DNA of 64,000 nt from Strigamia acuminata (lineage: Eukaryota). The stretch is taken from NCBI GenBank assembly GCA_949358305.1, contig OX442314.1, forward strand, positions 28,954,001 to 29,018,000, in the 5' to 3' direction. The translations under genes were made by a program, and so were the position numbers. The notes beneath the pieces were generated by a model. It did no database searches. It was not told the DNA's origin and saw nothing but the letters and a program-made list of their open reading frames with translations. Below are positions 20,760 through 32,100 of this stretch, one piece after another (the stretch's first letter is position 1; each line of letters starts with the position of its first letter).

Positions 20760-23700
20760 CGAAACATGTCAGTTATGATCTTGACTGCTTTTTCAAACTC
20801 AGCTGTTGACACTGGTTTGTCCTTTTTAGAGGAAGGGCAGTCTTTTTGCCAATGCCCTAATTTTTTGCATAAATTGCATGGATCAGTGGCAGGCGATTTC
20901 TTTTTCGTTGCTGCTGGCGAGGCAGAACGAGAACGAGCGTCAGACCGGCGCTCTGGCGACACCGCAGGTGACTTTGAATTCCTTTCGGTATTCACCTTTG
21001 ATGCGTCAAATGAAACATTTTTTGGTTTCATCCTTGGCTTCCATTTGCCCGCAACGGGGTTATTTTTTGCTAACAACGCCGCTGCTTTGGCCAATAAAGC
21101 CATCGTCTCGTCTCCTGTTTCCTCCTCCTCTTCAGCTTCTTCAGCTTCAGACGACGGAGTTTCAGCTCCAGTTATATTTGCGTGTAACTTAGGGACTGAA
21201 TGAGGATTTTTGACGTCCTTTTTGGAAGATTCTTTTTTCGAACTCTTCTCATCCACTTCGTCTAGAAAGTCTTCGTAACTAGGTGGCTGCAACAATTTCA
21301 AACCATTAAAGGTTTCATTGTTTTGCTCAGCGAGTCTTTTCTCTCGCTTTAAGTACGCTGACCTTTCGGCTTCTGTAAGATAAGCTTTGTACTTTTCGTC
21401 AATGCGCAATTGATTGACTTCCATGAATTCGTTTAACTCGGAGAATTTCCCCGGGTCGGGAGCGTCCGACATCATCAGAATATTTTTACTATATTCTGTG
21501 AGGCCAGCTCTAAACTGATCATCTGCTGTTGCATCAGTAACAGCATGTGGCATTCTGCCAAGCAGATTCTCTGCTCTTAGCATGTACGAATGTAAGCTTT
21601 CGCCTTTTCGTTGCTTAAGACATCTCCAGAGCGTTTTGATGTCTTCGCTCGATTCACCAAATTTAAACATAAATTGTTTAACGAAGTCATCCCACTTCGT
21701 GAAGTCTTTCCTGCGAAACCACTCCTTGACACCGCCAACTAGTATTCTTGGTACTAGATGGGCCAATGCACCTTCACAGCTAAAACTGTGAACTTTGCCT
21801 AGTTCGAATATTTCCAGCAAGAGGTTTGACCCTGCTTGCCAATTTCCATTATAGGCATGTGGGATAACTCGATCCCATCTAATGAACTTTTCATCTGTTG
21901 TTTGATGAGTCCATTTATCAGAAGTAAATTCACTTATTTTTTGCAAAATAATTTTATCCCTTCTGCTTTTTCGCTGTTGTTGAGCATTTTGCCTCAACAA
22001 CTGGTCAATCTCATCTTTCGTGTAGAAATCGGGTCTTTGAGTTCTACTACGTGTTCTGTGACGAGATCGCCCTCTCACACTGGGACGTGAGGAATCTGTA
22101 TCTGACGCAGATTCATGATTCGGATTTGGCGGCGGATCAGGGTCCGGAGGATCGTCGCCATCTGGCGGACGACGGTCTCCATTTGGTGGTCCCCTTCCAT
22201 TTCGATTGCCATTCGAATTGTGGTCACGTGAGTGGCCACCTCCATGTCCATCTGAACTATCTCCACCTGGTGGGTCACCACCTGGCGGATTTCCACGGTA
22301 TCTCGGCCCATCACGGATGTCGTTATGACAATCTCGTTTTGGTGAGCCTTCTCGCGGATTATCGTGTGACCGTCCACGATCGTGTGGTTTCTCACGTTCT
22401 TTATTCTTTTTCTCTAGCATTCCGATTAATCGGTCGCTATTGCTAAAGAATCGATCCGAATCTTGCGTAACTTTTGGGGAATGATATTCGGTCGGGTCTG
22501 GTTGTCGCTTTCGCTTTTTGCGACTGTGATGACTGTTACGGCTTCCACGACTACTGCGTGAGTCATCACTGTCAGTCCAACTTGATTGTCGACTGACTTT
22601 TGGTTTAGCTGATGTTAAATCAATCAACTCAGGTGATTTGGAAGCACCTTTTTGCAAAACTGGGGCTGGCTTTGCAAAATTATCTTCGCCACAAACGTCT
22701 TGTACTTTTTGTACTACTACTGCAAAGTTCTCTTGTACCGTCAATAGATCTGCGCGAAGAATTTCGTTTTCACGAGCTTGCGCAGCTAAGTCGGCACGTA
22801 ATAACTGCTCTGCAGTACTTTGACTTTTGGCGGCTAGACCAGCATCAATTACGGACTGCTGTCGAGCGAGAAATACTTCGTTTTCTCGTTGTGCTAATCT
22901 CTTAGCTCTTGCTGCTTGCTCTGCAGCATGATTCTCGTAATTTCGAGAAGTGGAGGGAATTACTTCCCTCGCTCGAACTGGGGCGGTTAGTTCGGCAGTC
23001 ATTAAATTTGTGTTGGCTTCTCGCAAATTTGCGTTGGCCAATCTCAAATTTTCATTAGCAATTTCTAAATCTTTTTGGGCTTGATTTAGTTGCTCGAGCC
23101 TTTGTTGTTGCTCTTCGTCAGTAATTAGCCAGGAAGCTTTTTCCTGTTCTAATTGTAACAACTTAACATGGTCATTCGCACGTTGTTGTTTTAGTTCGGC
23201 ATTTTGCTGATGCATTTCTGCATGCATTCGCTCGAACTCTGCTTGCAAGCTTGTTCTGACGATTTCAACGTCCTTTTGGCTTTGTTTGCGAACCATAGCT
23301 TTGTGGATTTGTTCCACAGTCATTTCGCTAGTGACTTTTACTCCCTCGAGCCTAGCTTGCTCACGGAGTGCGTCCATCATGGTAACACGCACGGGAGAAT
23401 GAGAAACTTCCATATTGGAGTTCTCAGAATCTTGCTGTGCTGCACCTTGAACCGGTGATGAATTCAGCGAGTGCTCTGCACTTGATGATTGAATTCGTAA
23501 ATTCAAATCATCGTTTTGCGACTTGGAACGGCCACTTCCAGTTGGATTGTTTAAGTCCAACTGGCCGCTTGGCGGGGATGGCTTTTGTCGCTCCAACGCT
23601 TGCGTGAATTCATTCACGATTAACTGTGCCGAGTTACAGTTAGCTGTTTGATCCATAGTTTCAAACAGTTCTTGTGACTCAGTCACTTCTTGATCCACGG

Positions 23701-23770
23701 CTGGTAGATCGATCGCCACTCGTCTCTTCGCTGGTCTGCCTCTCGGTCTCTTTTCGCCTGGAGTCGCCAT
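20747..23770 (-). CDS. gag: Gag of element 2 (1007 aa)
   Basis: Coiled-coil N-terminal half; VKEWF..WDDFVKQFMFKFG..LKQRKGESLHSY; CNLCKKLGHWQKDC. Confidence 0.93.
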   Translation of the reverse strand: MATPGEKRPRGRPAKRRVAIDLPAVDQEVTESQELFETMDQTANCNSAQLIVNEFTQALERQKPSPPSGQLDLNNPTGSGRSKSQNDDLNLRIQSSSAEHSLNSSPVQGAAQQDSENSNMEVSHSPVRVTMMDALREQARLEGVKVTSEMTVEQIHKAMVRKQSQKDVEIVRTSLQAEFERMHAEMHQQNAELKQQRANDHVKLLQLEQEKASWLITDEEQQQRLEQLNQAQKDLEIANENLRLANANLREANTNLMTAELTAPVRAREVIPSTSRNYENHAAEQAARAKRLAQRENEVFLARQQSVIDAGLAAKSQSTAEQLLRADLAAQARENEILRADLLTVQENFAVVVQKVQDVCGEDNFAKPAPVLQKGASKSPELIDLTSAKPKVSRQSSWTDSDDSRSSRGSRNSHHSRKKRKRQPDPTEYHSPKVTQDSDRFFSNSDRLIGMLEKKNKEREKPHDRGRSHDNPREGSPKRDCHNDIRDGPRYRGNPPGGDPPGGDSSDGHGGGHSRDHNSNGNRNGRGPPNGDRRPPDGDDPPDPDPPPNPNHESASDTDSSRPSVRGRSRHRTRSRTQRPDFYTKDEIDQLLRQNAQQQRKSRRDKIILQKISEFTSDKWTHQTTDEKFIRWDRVIPHAYNGNWQAGSNLLLEIFELGKVHSFSCEGALAHLVPRILVGGVKEWFRRKDFTKWDDFVKQFMFKFGESSEDIKTLWRCLKQRKGESLHSYMLRAENLLGRMPHAVTDATADDQFRAGLTEYSKNILMMSDAPDPGKFSELNEFMEVNQLRIDEKYKAYLTEAERSAYLKREKRLAEQNNETFNGLKLLQPPSYEDFLDEVDEKSSKKESSKKDVKNPHSVPKLHANITGAETPSSEAEEAEEEEETGDETMALLAKAAALLAKNNPVAGKWKPRMKPKNVSFDASKVNTERNSKSPAVSPERRSDARSRSASPAATKKKSPATDPCNLCKKLGHWQKDCPSSKKDKPVSTAEFEKAVKIITDMFRKNL

Positions 23771-23864
23771 TTTTCAAATGAAGACAAAGAAAGGATAGAG
23801 AAGAAAGATAAGCAAGATAAAAATGGCGGGTAAATTTTAAACTATCAAAATTTATACAATGACT

Positions 23865-23882
23865 ATCCCGGACGGGCCCCCA
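23865..23882 (-). promoter_or_regulatory. Primer-binding site, tRNA-Pro type (element 2)
   Basis: TGGGGGCCCGTCCGGGAT, 2 nt (CG) after the 5' LTR. Confidence 0.9.
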
Positions 23883-23884
23883 CG

Positions 23885-24843
23885 TGCTGCGATCCGGGTT
23901 TTTATCCACTTAATTTCTAATAAATTAAGCAGAAACCGCAGGTGAATGCTTTACAAGACTTATATCGCGGCCGAAACTTGTCTAGGGTTAAGTTTACGGA
24001 AATAGGAATAAAAAGACAGTTTATTATGGTAATAAAAATCACACAAATGTTTTATTCGATAAATTACAATATATACTAATTATGATTGTGAATATCACAG
24101 AATAAAATGAGCGGGAAACAATGAAACAAAGGAAGGGCTTGCAACGACTGTTGCAAGCTACAAAGCGTCAGAAATGGCGCTTAAACAACTTGAAGTTGTT
24201 AGGCGAAGGCAAATTGTCTTCGTTCTACGAACTCACGAACGATGGTCGAAGACGATGGTTCTCGTGGGCTCCTTCTACGGCTCGTGCGACGGCTCGGCGG
24301 CGGTGGTTGACGGCTGTAGGCGTCCGGCTTTCGTACGATGGCGGTGGCTGTCGTTCGCGCAACAGCGACGGCGATGGTTCACGATCGTCGGGAATCTTCT
24401 CTTCTCGATTGCTGGAATTAGCGACGGCTAATTCAAGCAGGATTGCTGGCTTTGTGCGTTTGATACACAAAGATAGCAGGTGAAACTGAGTTACAACGGT
24501 CCTCTATCAATACTTTTCTTTCAGGAGCAAAAGCAGTGATGTTGAGGTTGTTGTTGTATTTTTCAGAGTCTCGATTTGAGCCAAGACGCGAGCCCAGCAC
24601 GCTTCAATATTGCGCAGAAAACCTGCGCACTTAGCTCAAATGGGTGCAACTAGTGGTTATTACACCATATTGCACCATAACGGCTAATAACCGTTTTCAC
24701 CCCGGACAACCTGGGGTGATATGTGCCTAGAGAGGATTTCTCCCCTCGGTCACATGATCTGACTTGGCGTGTGCCACAGTCAAATTAATTAGAAGATAAT
24801 TAATTTAATCTTCTAAGTTGGTGAATATTTTGAGATCACCACA
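23885..24843 (-). repeat. 5' LTR of element 2
   Basis: Copy of 12504-13462; adjacent to the PBS. Confidence 0.97.
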
Positions 24844-25696
24844 ATATTTATTTCAATTTCTATCAATATTTTCAACCAGAGTAGACAAACTGGCCAGAAT
24901 ATCAACATTCCACGTGTCTGTCCTCGTTAGGTATGAGTGTTTTTACTCCTTGTTCTCTGAAAGTTTCACATTCTTAACTTTCCATCTTATTACCCCTCTA
25001 ACTCAACGCCTACTTTCAAATTTGAGACGCATTTACGTAGCAGTAACACGGTGATGCTAAATATCGTCTAGACACAGCAATGATGGGTCGAATTTGGAAC
25101 TCTGATCAAATCAGCGACGCGCAAAGAGCGACCATGTAAGTAGCAACGTGAAATTAGCGACCGATTCGAATAGCGACATAACAAAACAGCGACGTAGCGT
25201 AAAAGCGACCCGCGCATATTAAGACATTCGGAATAGCGACGGTCGTTTTTGGTTCCATTGCAGTGAAGCTTCAAGGGGGTGGTTTTCAATCCTGGCGACG
25301 CTTAACTCCAACAGCTCAAAAACAGTGGATGTCGTAATAAACTAAGAATTGTATGTTCAAAAAGCTTATTTGCATGAAAAATGAACTCCCTCAGCCAACA
25401 AAGTTCTACTTTGACAATGCCATTGTTAGTTATCTCTAGCTTACGAAGCAAAATGCTTTGAAATGGTTAAAAAAACTACTTGTAATTGTTATCTCACATA
25501 ATTAATTTTAAAATTAGTACCTTCCCCTTGTAAGCTTCATGTAACTCTCTTAAGGAATTACCAGGAAGTAACTTTGAGTTATCTGGCCAGACCACTCTTC
25601 TTTTGGATAAGAACAACACAAGTCAGAGAATACACCAAATTCCGTTTTTACATGGTTTTGATTTAACAAGATCTAGAAAAATTAATTCAATTTCTG

Positions 25697-25930
25697 TTTT
25701 TAAACGATTTAGTTTGATTTAACACCGTTTTTAAACGATTTATTTTTATTTAACACCGTTTTTAATCGATTTATTTTTATTTAACACCGTTTTTAAACGA
25801 TTTATTTTTATTTAACACCATTTTTAAACGATTTATTTTGATTTAACACCGTTTTTAAACGATTTATTTTGATTTAACACCGTTTTGAAACGATTTATTT
25901 TGCTTTAACACCGTTTTTAACATATTTATT
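25697..25930. repeat. 31-bp AT-rich minisatellite, ~7 copies, just upstream of a splice acceptor
   Basis: Unit TTTTTAAACGATTTATTTTGATTTAACACCG. Confidence 0.9.
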
Positions 25931-26887
25931 TGCAGATATAAGAGAAGAAGACAAGTCAGACCTAGACAAGTCGGACTTAAACAAGTCGGACTGAAACAAG
26001 TTAGACTGAAACAAGTCAGATACGGAAAAGAAGCTGATCAATCTGATTTTTTGGGGTTGAACAAATTATGTGATCAATCACACAGCATATTTTTCAAATT
26101 GGTTTGGTTTCTACTTGTCGTGGCTTGCTTCACTGCTTGTTTGGTACAAATTTACACACGTGTGAGCGTTTACCTAGATGGGGCAATTACACTGGAAGTT
26201 GATTTCAGACCCCAAACATCTTTTACATTTCCTTCAGTCGCCTTATACAGCCTGCATTTGCATTACCTAATGATGGCCGTCTCGGGTACAAAAATTGTAA
26301 ACATTGACACTTTAAATTTGATTAACAGCAATTTAGACGAATTATGGACTACACTGGGTAGAATAAATCTAGACTCCTTATGCACAGTAAGTAATAATAA
26401 AGTGCACTTGGAACTTAGATTAATATTGAAATAAGTAACAGTTATGGTCACTTTTGCCTTCAAATGATAAAATTAGCATAAAAATCAATCAAAATTTAAG
26501 ACAAAGACCTTTAGAAATCAAAGTGCCTACCGGTAGGGTCTACGCCGGTCTTAAAATGACATTTTGATTTCCACTGTACAGTCTTTTAAACAACATATTT
26601 AAACTGCTTTTCTTGATCTAACTTCAAACATGGCCGGCAACATTTGTTTTCAGTCGCAATGTGCACATAAAAAAAATATTTAAATTTTATATATTTATAT
26701 TTATATATTTAAATCTTTGAATCATAGAAATATCGTACAATTTGTTTAAATTCAACTGTCTTTTACCAGGGCACAGGAGAAACTGACATCATCTGTGGAA
26801 AAAGCGCTTTTAAGATAGTGACGGCAAACTTTGTTAATACAGTAACCGGAAGTTGTGGGATGCTTACTATGAGTAACACATAGATTA

Positions 26888-27888
26888 CCGTATATCCTCA
26901 CGTATAATGCGAAAAACTTAGGGTGAACAAGACCGCTTTAAAGTTAGAACTTAACAAATAAACTGAAACAAGTAAAACAAAAAAACTACGTTTTTGGAAA
27001 AAGGCTTTTATGCTGTATCCCTGCGAAATTGGAATCCGGACTAAGAATTTGGCAAATGACAGATCGTTTTTTAGCAAATAAAAAAAAACTGAAATTCAGA
27101 TTAAAAAATTATTGGAACACTTTGAAAGAGCGGCAAATTCTGCACAGGAAACATATTTTAAATATTCTAATCGGTTCATTTTTCAAATTTCCCACAATTT
27201 GCCATGCGGTCGCTGGCTACAATCGTAAAAAAACGTACTTTTTTTTACCAAATTGAAAAAAAAAATACACAGGCTTGTGCAGAATGCAATTTCCAATCGA
27301 ATAAGCCAGGTTTCAGAATTAATAAATCCTTTTTTAGTACCGAAATCATCAAAATTTGTATCGGGATAAACATTTTGGTATCCATTAAAGTGTTGGAATG
27401 CGCTGATCGCTGAAACTTATTGTTTTATTTTTATTTTATTTTATTTAGTTTTACATATACCAGAGGTAGCGCTACTGTCCACCGGAAGTTGAAATAAACA
27501 AGCAAACACACATCCACACGCATTCATTTCAAGTTAAATAAAAGCCATTAAAAATAAAATAAAGTGTAAAGATAACGTGTAAGGATAACGTACGGAGAAC
27601 ACAGTACTCAAATATGAATATCCTAAAAATGAGCCAACATAAACGTAAATCGTTCATCCTACAGATGAATTTATACATGAAATGTTTGATGACTGAAATG
27701 ACGAAGAAGAATTTCATGGATTCTGACATTTTGTTTTAAATAATTAAATTTGCCTTCTGTTAATTTGTATTGCATTATTCAGAATGTTATGGAACAACAG
27801 TTCGCATTTTTCGTGGACATGCTATTTTAGGGCTCATTTTCATACAAAACTCCTACCGGTAGTTCGTATTATACGCGAGTTTATACGA
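26888..27888. mobile_element. Degenerate non-autonomous DNA transposon (Tc1/mariner/pogo-type MITE) in a gene-B intron
   Basis: TA-preceded CCGTATATCCTCACGTATAATGCGA vs reverse complement of the right end TCGTATAAACTCGCGTATAATACGA (20/25 match). Confidence 0.55.
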
Positions 27889-28979
27889 TGTATCAATATA
27901 TGATTTTAATATGGGAATATTGTCACAGGTCAACAGAATTCACACTTACTTTGGCCGACAATTAGTTTCCTGTAGAAACTTGTTTGCTATAATATTTTTA
28001 GTCCTATATTTGATTTACGTAATTGCAGATGCAAATATGGAGTACAAAGGTCCATTCACCTATCTTTATTTGAGCTGGAACACCGTTCAGGCTCCCTATC
28101 CTACACCAAATCTATTTGTATGGCCATATGACAAAAACAAGCTAACAAAAATAAAATCTAAATTTCTACATTTATTTTGTAGATTTCTCTCCACGGCGAT
28201 ACATTCCAGCATGTGTATGACGGCCTTGTGGTGGCTGAACTAATCGACGCCAATATTTTTACTCGCTATCGAATATTTGAAAAAGAGGTACTGTATAGTA
28301 AAAACAATTACGAGTATTATTTTAATTTTTCCCAAAAAAATTCAGGCATGGTCGGGGACCTAATTGTTATTGACCCAATCATGAATTACATAATTCAAGA
28401 CATTTTGCCAATATAAAAACAATATCTCTTTTATTTGAACATGAATTTCAGTTTAAGAATTTGAATTTACCACGCAATCCCTGTGCACCGGCAGAGGACG
28501 TTATAAACTGCATAACTCAATGCTTGGACAAATTACTAGAAAAAAAGTTAACTTGTAGGTAAGATACAACTGACATGCAGCTTATAACTGTTGTATCTCT
28601 AGATGTGACTTCTTTTATTTTCTTTACCAGATTACCATTCTTCAATTCTACACTACCACGGTGCACCAGGTTTAATGAAACCGAGAAAGGTTTTAGGGTT
28701 GGTTGGTTCACAGCAATGAACATGGCCAAAAATGTTAAACCTTGTCAATGTAAACGTAAATGTAACGAGATCAAATACACATTGAATAAGGACATGCAAG
28801 TGGATATTAATCTCATGAAGAGAACAGGGTTAAATTTCCTATTTGCAGCTGTAATGTCGCTATGAATGTCCGGATGTCAATAAAGCACGCACACACTTTC
28901 ATTCAATACTTGATTCCTATCTGACTCTTTATTTCAGCTTCATCACCTTTATATTCTCGGTCACCTTCATCACAACCTC

Positions 28980-28993
28980 GCGCCCTCTAGTGG
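28980..28993 (-). promoter_or_regulatory. CTCF-consensus site in the element-3 LTR (second copy at 33461-33474)
   Basis: CCACTAGAGGGCGC on the - strand. Confidence 0.55.
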
Positions 28994-29116
28994 CGGTATA
29001 TACATTTAATCGAGTCATCACTATATCACATCCCTTCCCCCTTACAATGACATAAATTATTTCATAATAAATTCGAAATCTGTATCACAATCAATAATAA
29101 AATATAGCAATCAAGT

Positions 29117-32100
29117 TCACTTCCGTTTCTCTGACGCCTTTGCATTCGTATAACGGTCTGGCTCTCGTCGCTCTCGTATTGGTCTCGTCCGCTCTGGAAT
29201 CACTGACTGTTGTTGTTGTTCCACGGCTTGCTGGACAATCGGTTGAACGTCATCGAGTTGTTGGGGTTCCTCTCTCGCACCCCTCTCCTCCTCCTCCTCC
29301 GACACCGACAGTTCCATCTCACCGCCTCCCGGCTCATCAAATTCCCCATCCTCCACATCCTGTTCCATCTTTTTGAAAAATGAGGAATTCCTCACTACCT
29401 GGTACTGTCCTCGTTTAGCTGTGATCCGAGAACCCTCGACCTTTACCACCGTCATCAACTCGGGATCATATGGAGTCATTAACTTATTCGTTTTCCTCCT
29501 TTTTACCAAAACCTGATCGCCGACTGTCAACCCATGCGAACACACTCTCCTTCGACCATCCGCTTCCAACTTCATCTTCTCTTTTCCTTTCTCATCTCGC
29601 TGTCGCACTCCATCGTCATTTACCTTTCCAAAATTCTGCGGCAGTCTCGTCTGCAATGCTCGCTGATATAACAATTTTGCCGGTGCCACGCCCGTTGTTG
29701 AATGTGGCGTTGCGCGGTAGTTTAATAAAAACTCATGGATCTCTTTACTCCACACCCTTCCTTCCGTTACAGCTGTAAGAATCGCCTTGTTTAGAGTCCG
29801 CATCATCCTTTCTACTTCTCCATTCGCTTCGGGCCATAACGGGGTTACTCTCCTATGTTGGATTCCAAACCCACTCATAAAGACTCGGATCTCCTCTGAT
29901 GTAAATGGAGGCCCATTGTCCGACTTAACCGACTCCGGAATACCAAGCTCCGAGAATCTCTTCTCAAGAATAGGAATTATCGTCCTCGCCGCTGTTGAAT
30001 TCACCTCATCTACAAATGGGAAACGTGAATATTCATCCACCATCACCAACAACAATCGCCCGTCTGGAAATGGCCCTAGAAAATCCATCGCCAACCGTTG
30101 CCATGGTCTTTCCGGCAACACCGACATTTGCAAAGGTTCCCTTCTCGAAACCACCAAACTGGCTTGGCACGGCACACACTGCGCAATTCTCCTCTCGACC
30201 CGTTTATCCAGGCCCGGAAACCACACCTTCTCTCTCAACAAATTCTTCGTTTTCACAACTCCCTGATGCCCTCTGTGGGCCAGTTCTACCACTCTCGATC
30301 TTAATGACTCCGGGATTAAAATTCGATCGCCTCGCAGCAAAACACCATCCCCCGTACTCGTGATTTCATCTCTTATCATCATAAACGGTTTCAGTCGCTC
30401 CTCTTGCCACGGCTTCTCTCCTTCTCCGTGCAAAGCCTTCCTCAGCAACTGCAAAACCTCATCTGCTCTAGTCTCCCGAATCACCTCCTCTCTCGTCATT
30501 GTTGTCGGCATCCGCGTTTCCACCACGAAATTCACGTATCGCTCTACCACTTTCTCCGTCAAACTAAGTCGTGACCCTGGATGTCGTGATAAATAATCAC
30601 TCGGGTTCGTAGCTCCTGACGTGTGCTTAACCTCGAATTCGTATTGCTGTATCCGAAGACACAACCGTTCAATCCTCGCCGATGGTCTCGCTCTGCGGTT
30701 ACTAAAAATGCTCACCAACGGCTTATGGTCTGTAAAAATCACAAACACAGTTCCGTATAAATATAGATAGAAATGTTCTACTGACCAAACAACCGCAAGT
30801 GTCTCTTTTTCTATCTGTGAATATCGTGTTTCTACGTCAGTCAATGCTCTACTGGCATACGCAACAACCCGTGGTTCAGCTTCTCCTTCTCGCAGTTGAG
30901 CCAAAATCGCACCCAATCCGTGTGGACCCGCGTCGACCGTCAGATGAATTTTCGCCGTCGAATCGTAATAGGCCAAGATCTCGTTGTTGCTCAGCTCTCG
31001 TTTTACATATTCCCACGCACTTTGATGTTCTGGTTTCCATGCAAACACCGCACTCTTCCTTGTTAAATCTCTCAACGACTTGGTTTTGTCGGCCATATTA
31101 CGCACAAATCGCGCGCAATACACAATCATTCCAAGAAGACTCTTTACTTCTGCCGCACTCGTCGGTGTTTCCATCTTGACTACTGCTTCCACCTTCTTTG
31201 GGTCAACGGCAATGCCTCGCTCTGAAAATACATGTCCGAAAAAAATTAACTCCTTCTTTCCAAATTCACACTTCTGTTTGTTCAACGTGAGCCTTTTTTC
31301 TTTCAACTTTCGCAACACTCCGTGTAACGCCTCCCCATGATCCTTATCTCTTTTACCAACCACGAAAATGTCGTCCATAATATTTATGGTGTTATCCACT
31401 TCCTCAATCACCTTTTCCACGGAATCCTGGAAAATCTCAGGCGCTGAATTTACTCCAAAACCAAGCCGCTTAAAACGAAATAAACCAACGTGCGTCGCGA
31501 AAACCATAAATTGTCGCGACACCTCGTCAAGTTCCAACTGGTGAAAACCATGATTCAAGTCCAACTTCGAAAAGATCGTCGCTCCTTCAGCCATCGATAT
31601 GAGATCCTCCAGCCTCGGAGATGTGTGTCTCACCCTCTTAATTGCACGGTTCACCTCCCTAGCATCCATGCATATACGGATCGCATCGGGGTCCGGGTCT
31701 TTTGGTTTATCAACCACGTGTATCGGTGATATCCACGATGTGGGACCCATCGATTCATCCACTCTCTCGATAATGTCCATCTCCACCAGTCGCATCAACT
31801 CCTTTTCTACTTTTCGTCTCAAATTAAATGGTAGCGGCCTATATCGCTGGGCCACCGGAGGCACCGATTCGTCCACATGTAGATGTACCTGGCGACCTGC
31901 CAATTTTCCTATTCCGCGGAACAGTTCCGGATACTGCTCCTCTATTTGTGTCGCCAAATTTCCTTGTTCGACGCTATTGACAGCGCCAATGACTCCCAGC
32001 CGTCGTGCTGTCGCGTAACTCAATAAAGATTCCCCTTTCCGATCAACCACAAACAAATCAGTCACAACCTCCTCCTTATCTCTACCTCCCAGCGTCGTTC

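Larger units (their letters stand above)
12504..24843 (-). mobile_element. Full-length Ty3/gypsy LTR retrotransposon, element 2 (12,340 bp), with gag, pol and spliced ORF3
   Basis: 959-bp direct LTRs (TG..CA) that look identical; 4-bp TSD ATAT (12500-12503 / 24844-24847); PBS, PPT and all ORFs intact. Confidence 0.97.

Noticed and set aside
25072..25265. Possible mini-transposon CACAGCAATG..CATTGCAGTG with AGCGAC subrepeats
   Set aside because: Only a 9/10 terminal match and no target-site duplication; too weak to call
31360..31390. RT motif IMDD instead of YxDD as an inactivating mutation
   Set aside because: Both catalytic aspartates are intact; non-Tyr variants occur in Mag-like elements; near-identical LTRs show recent mobility
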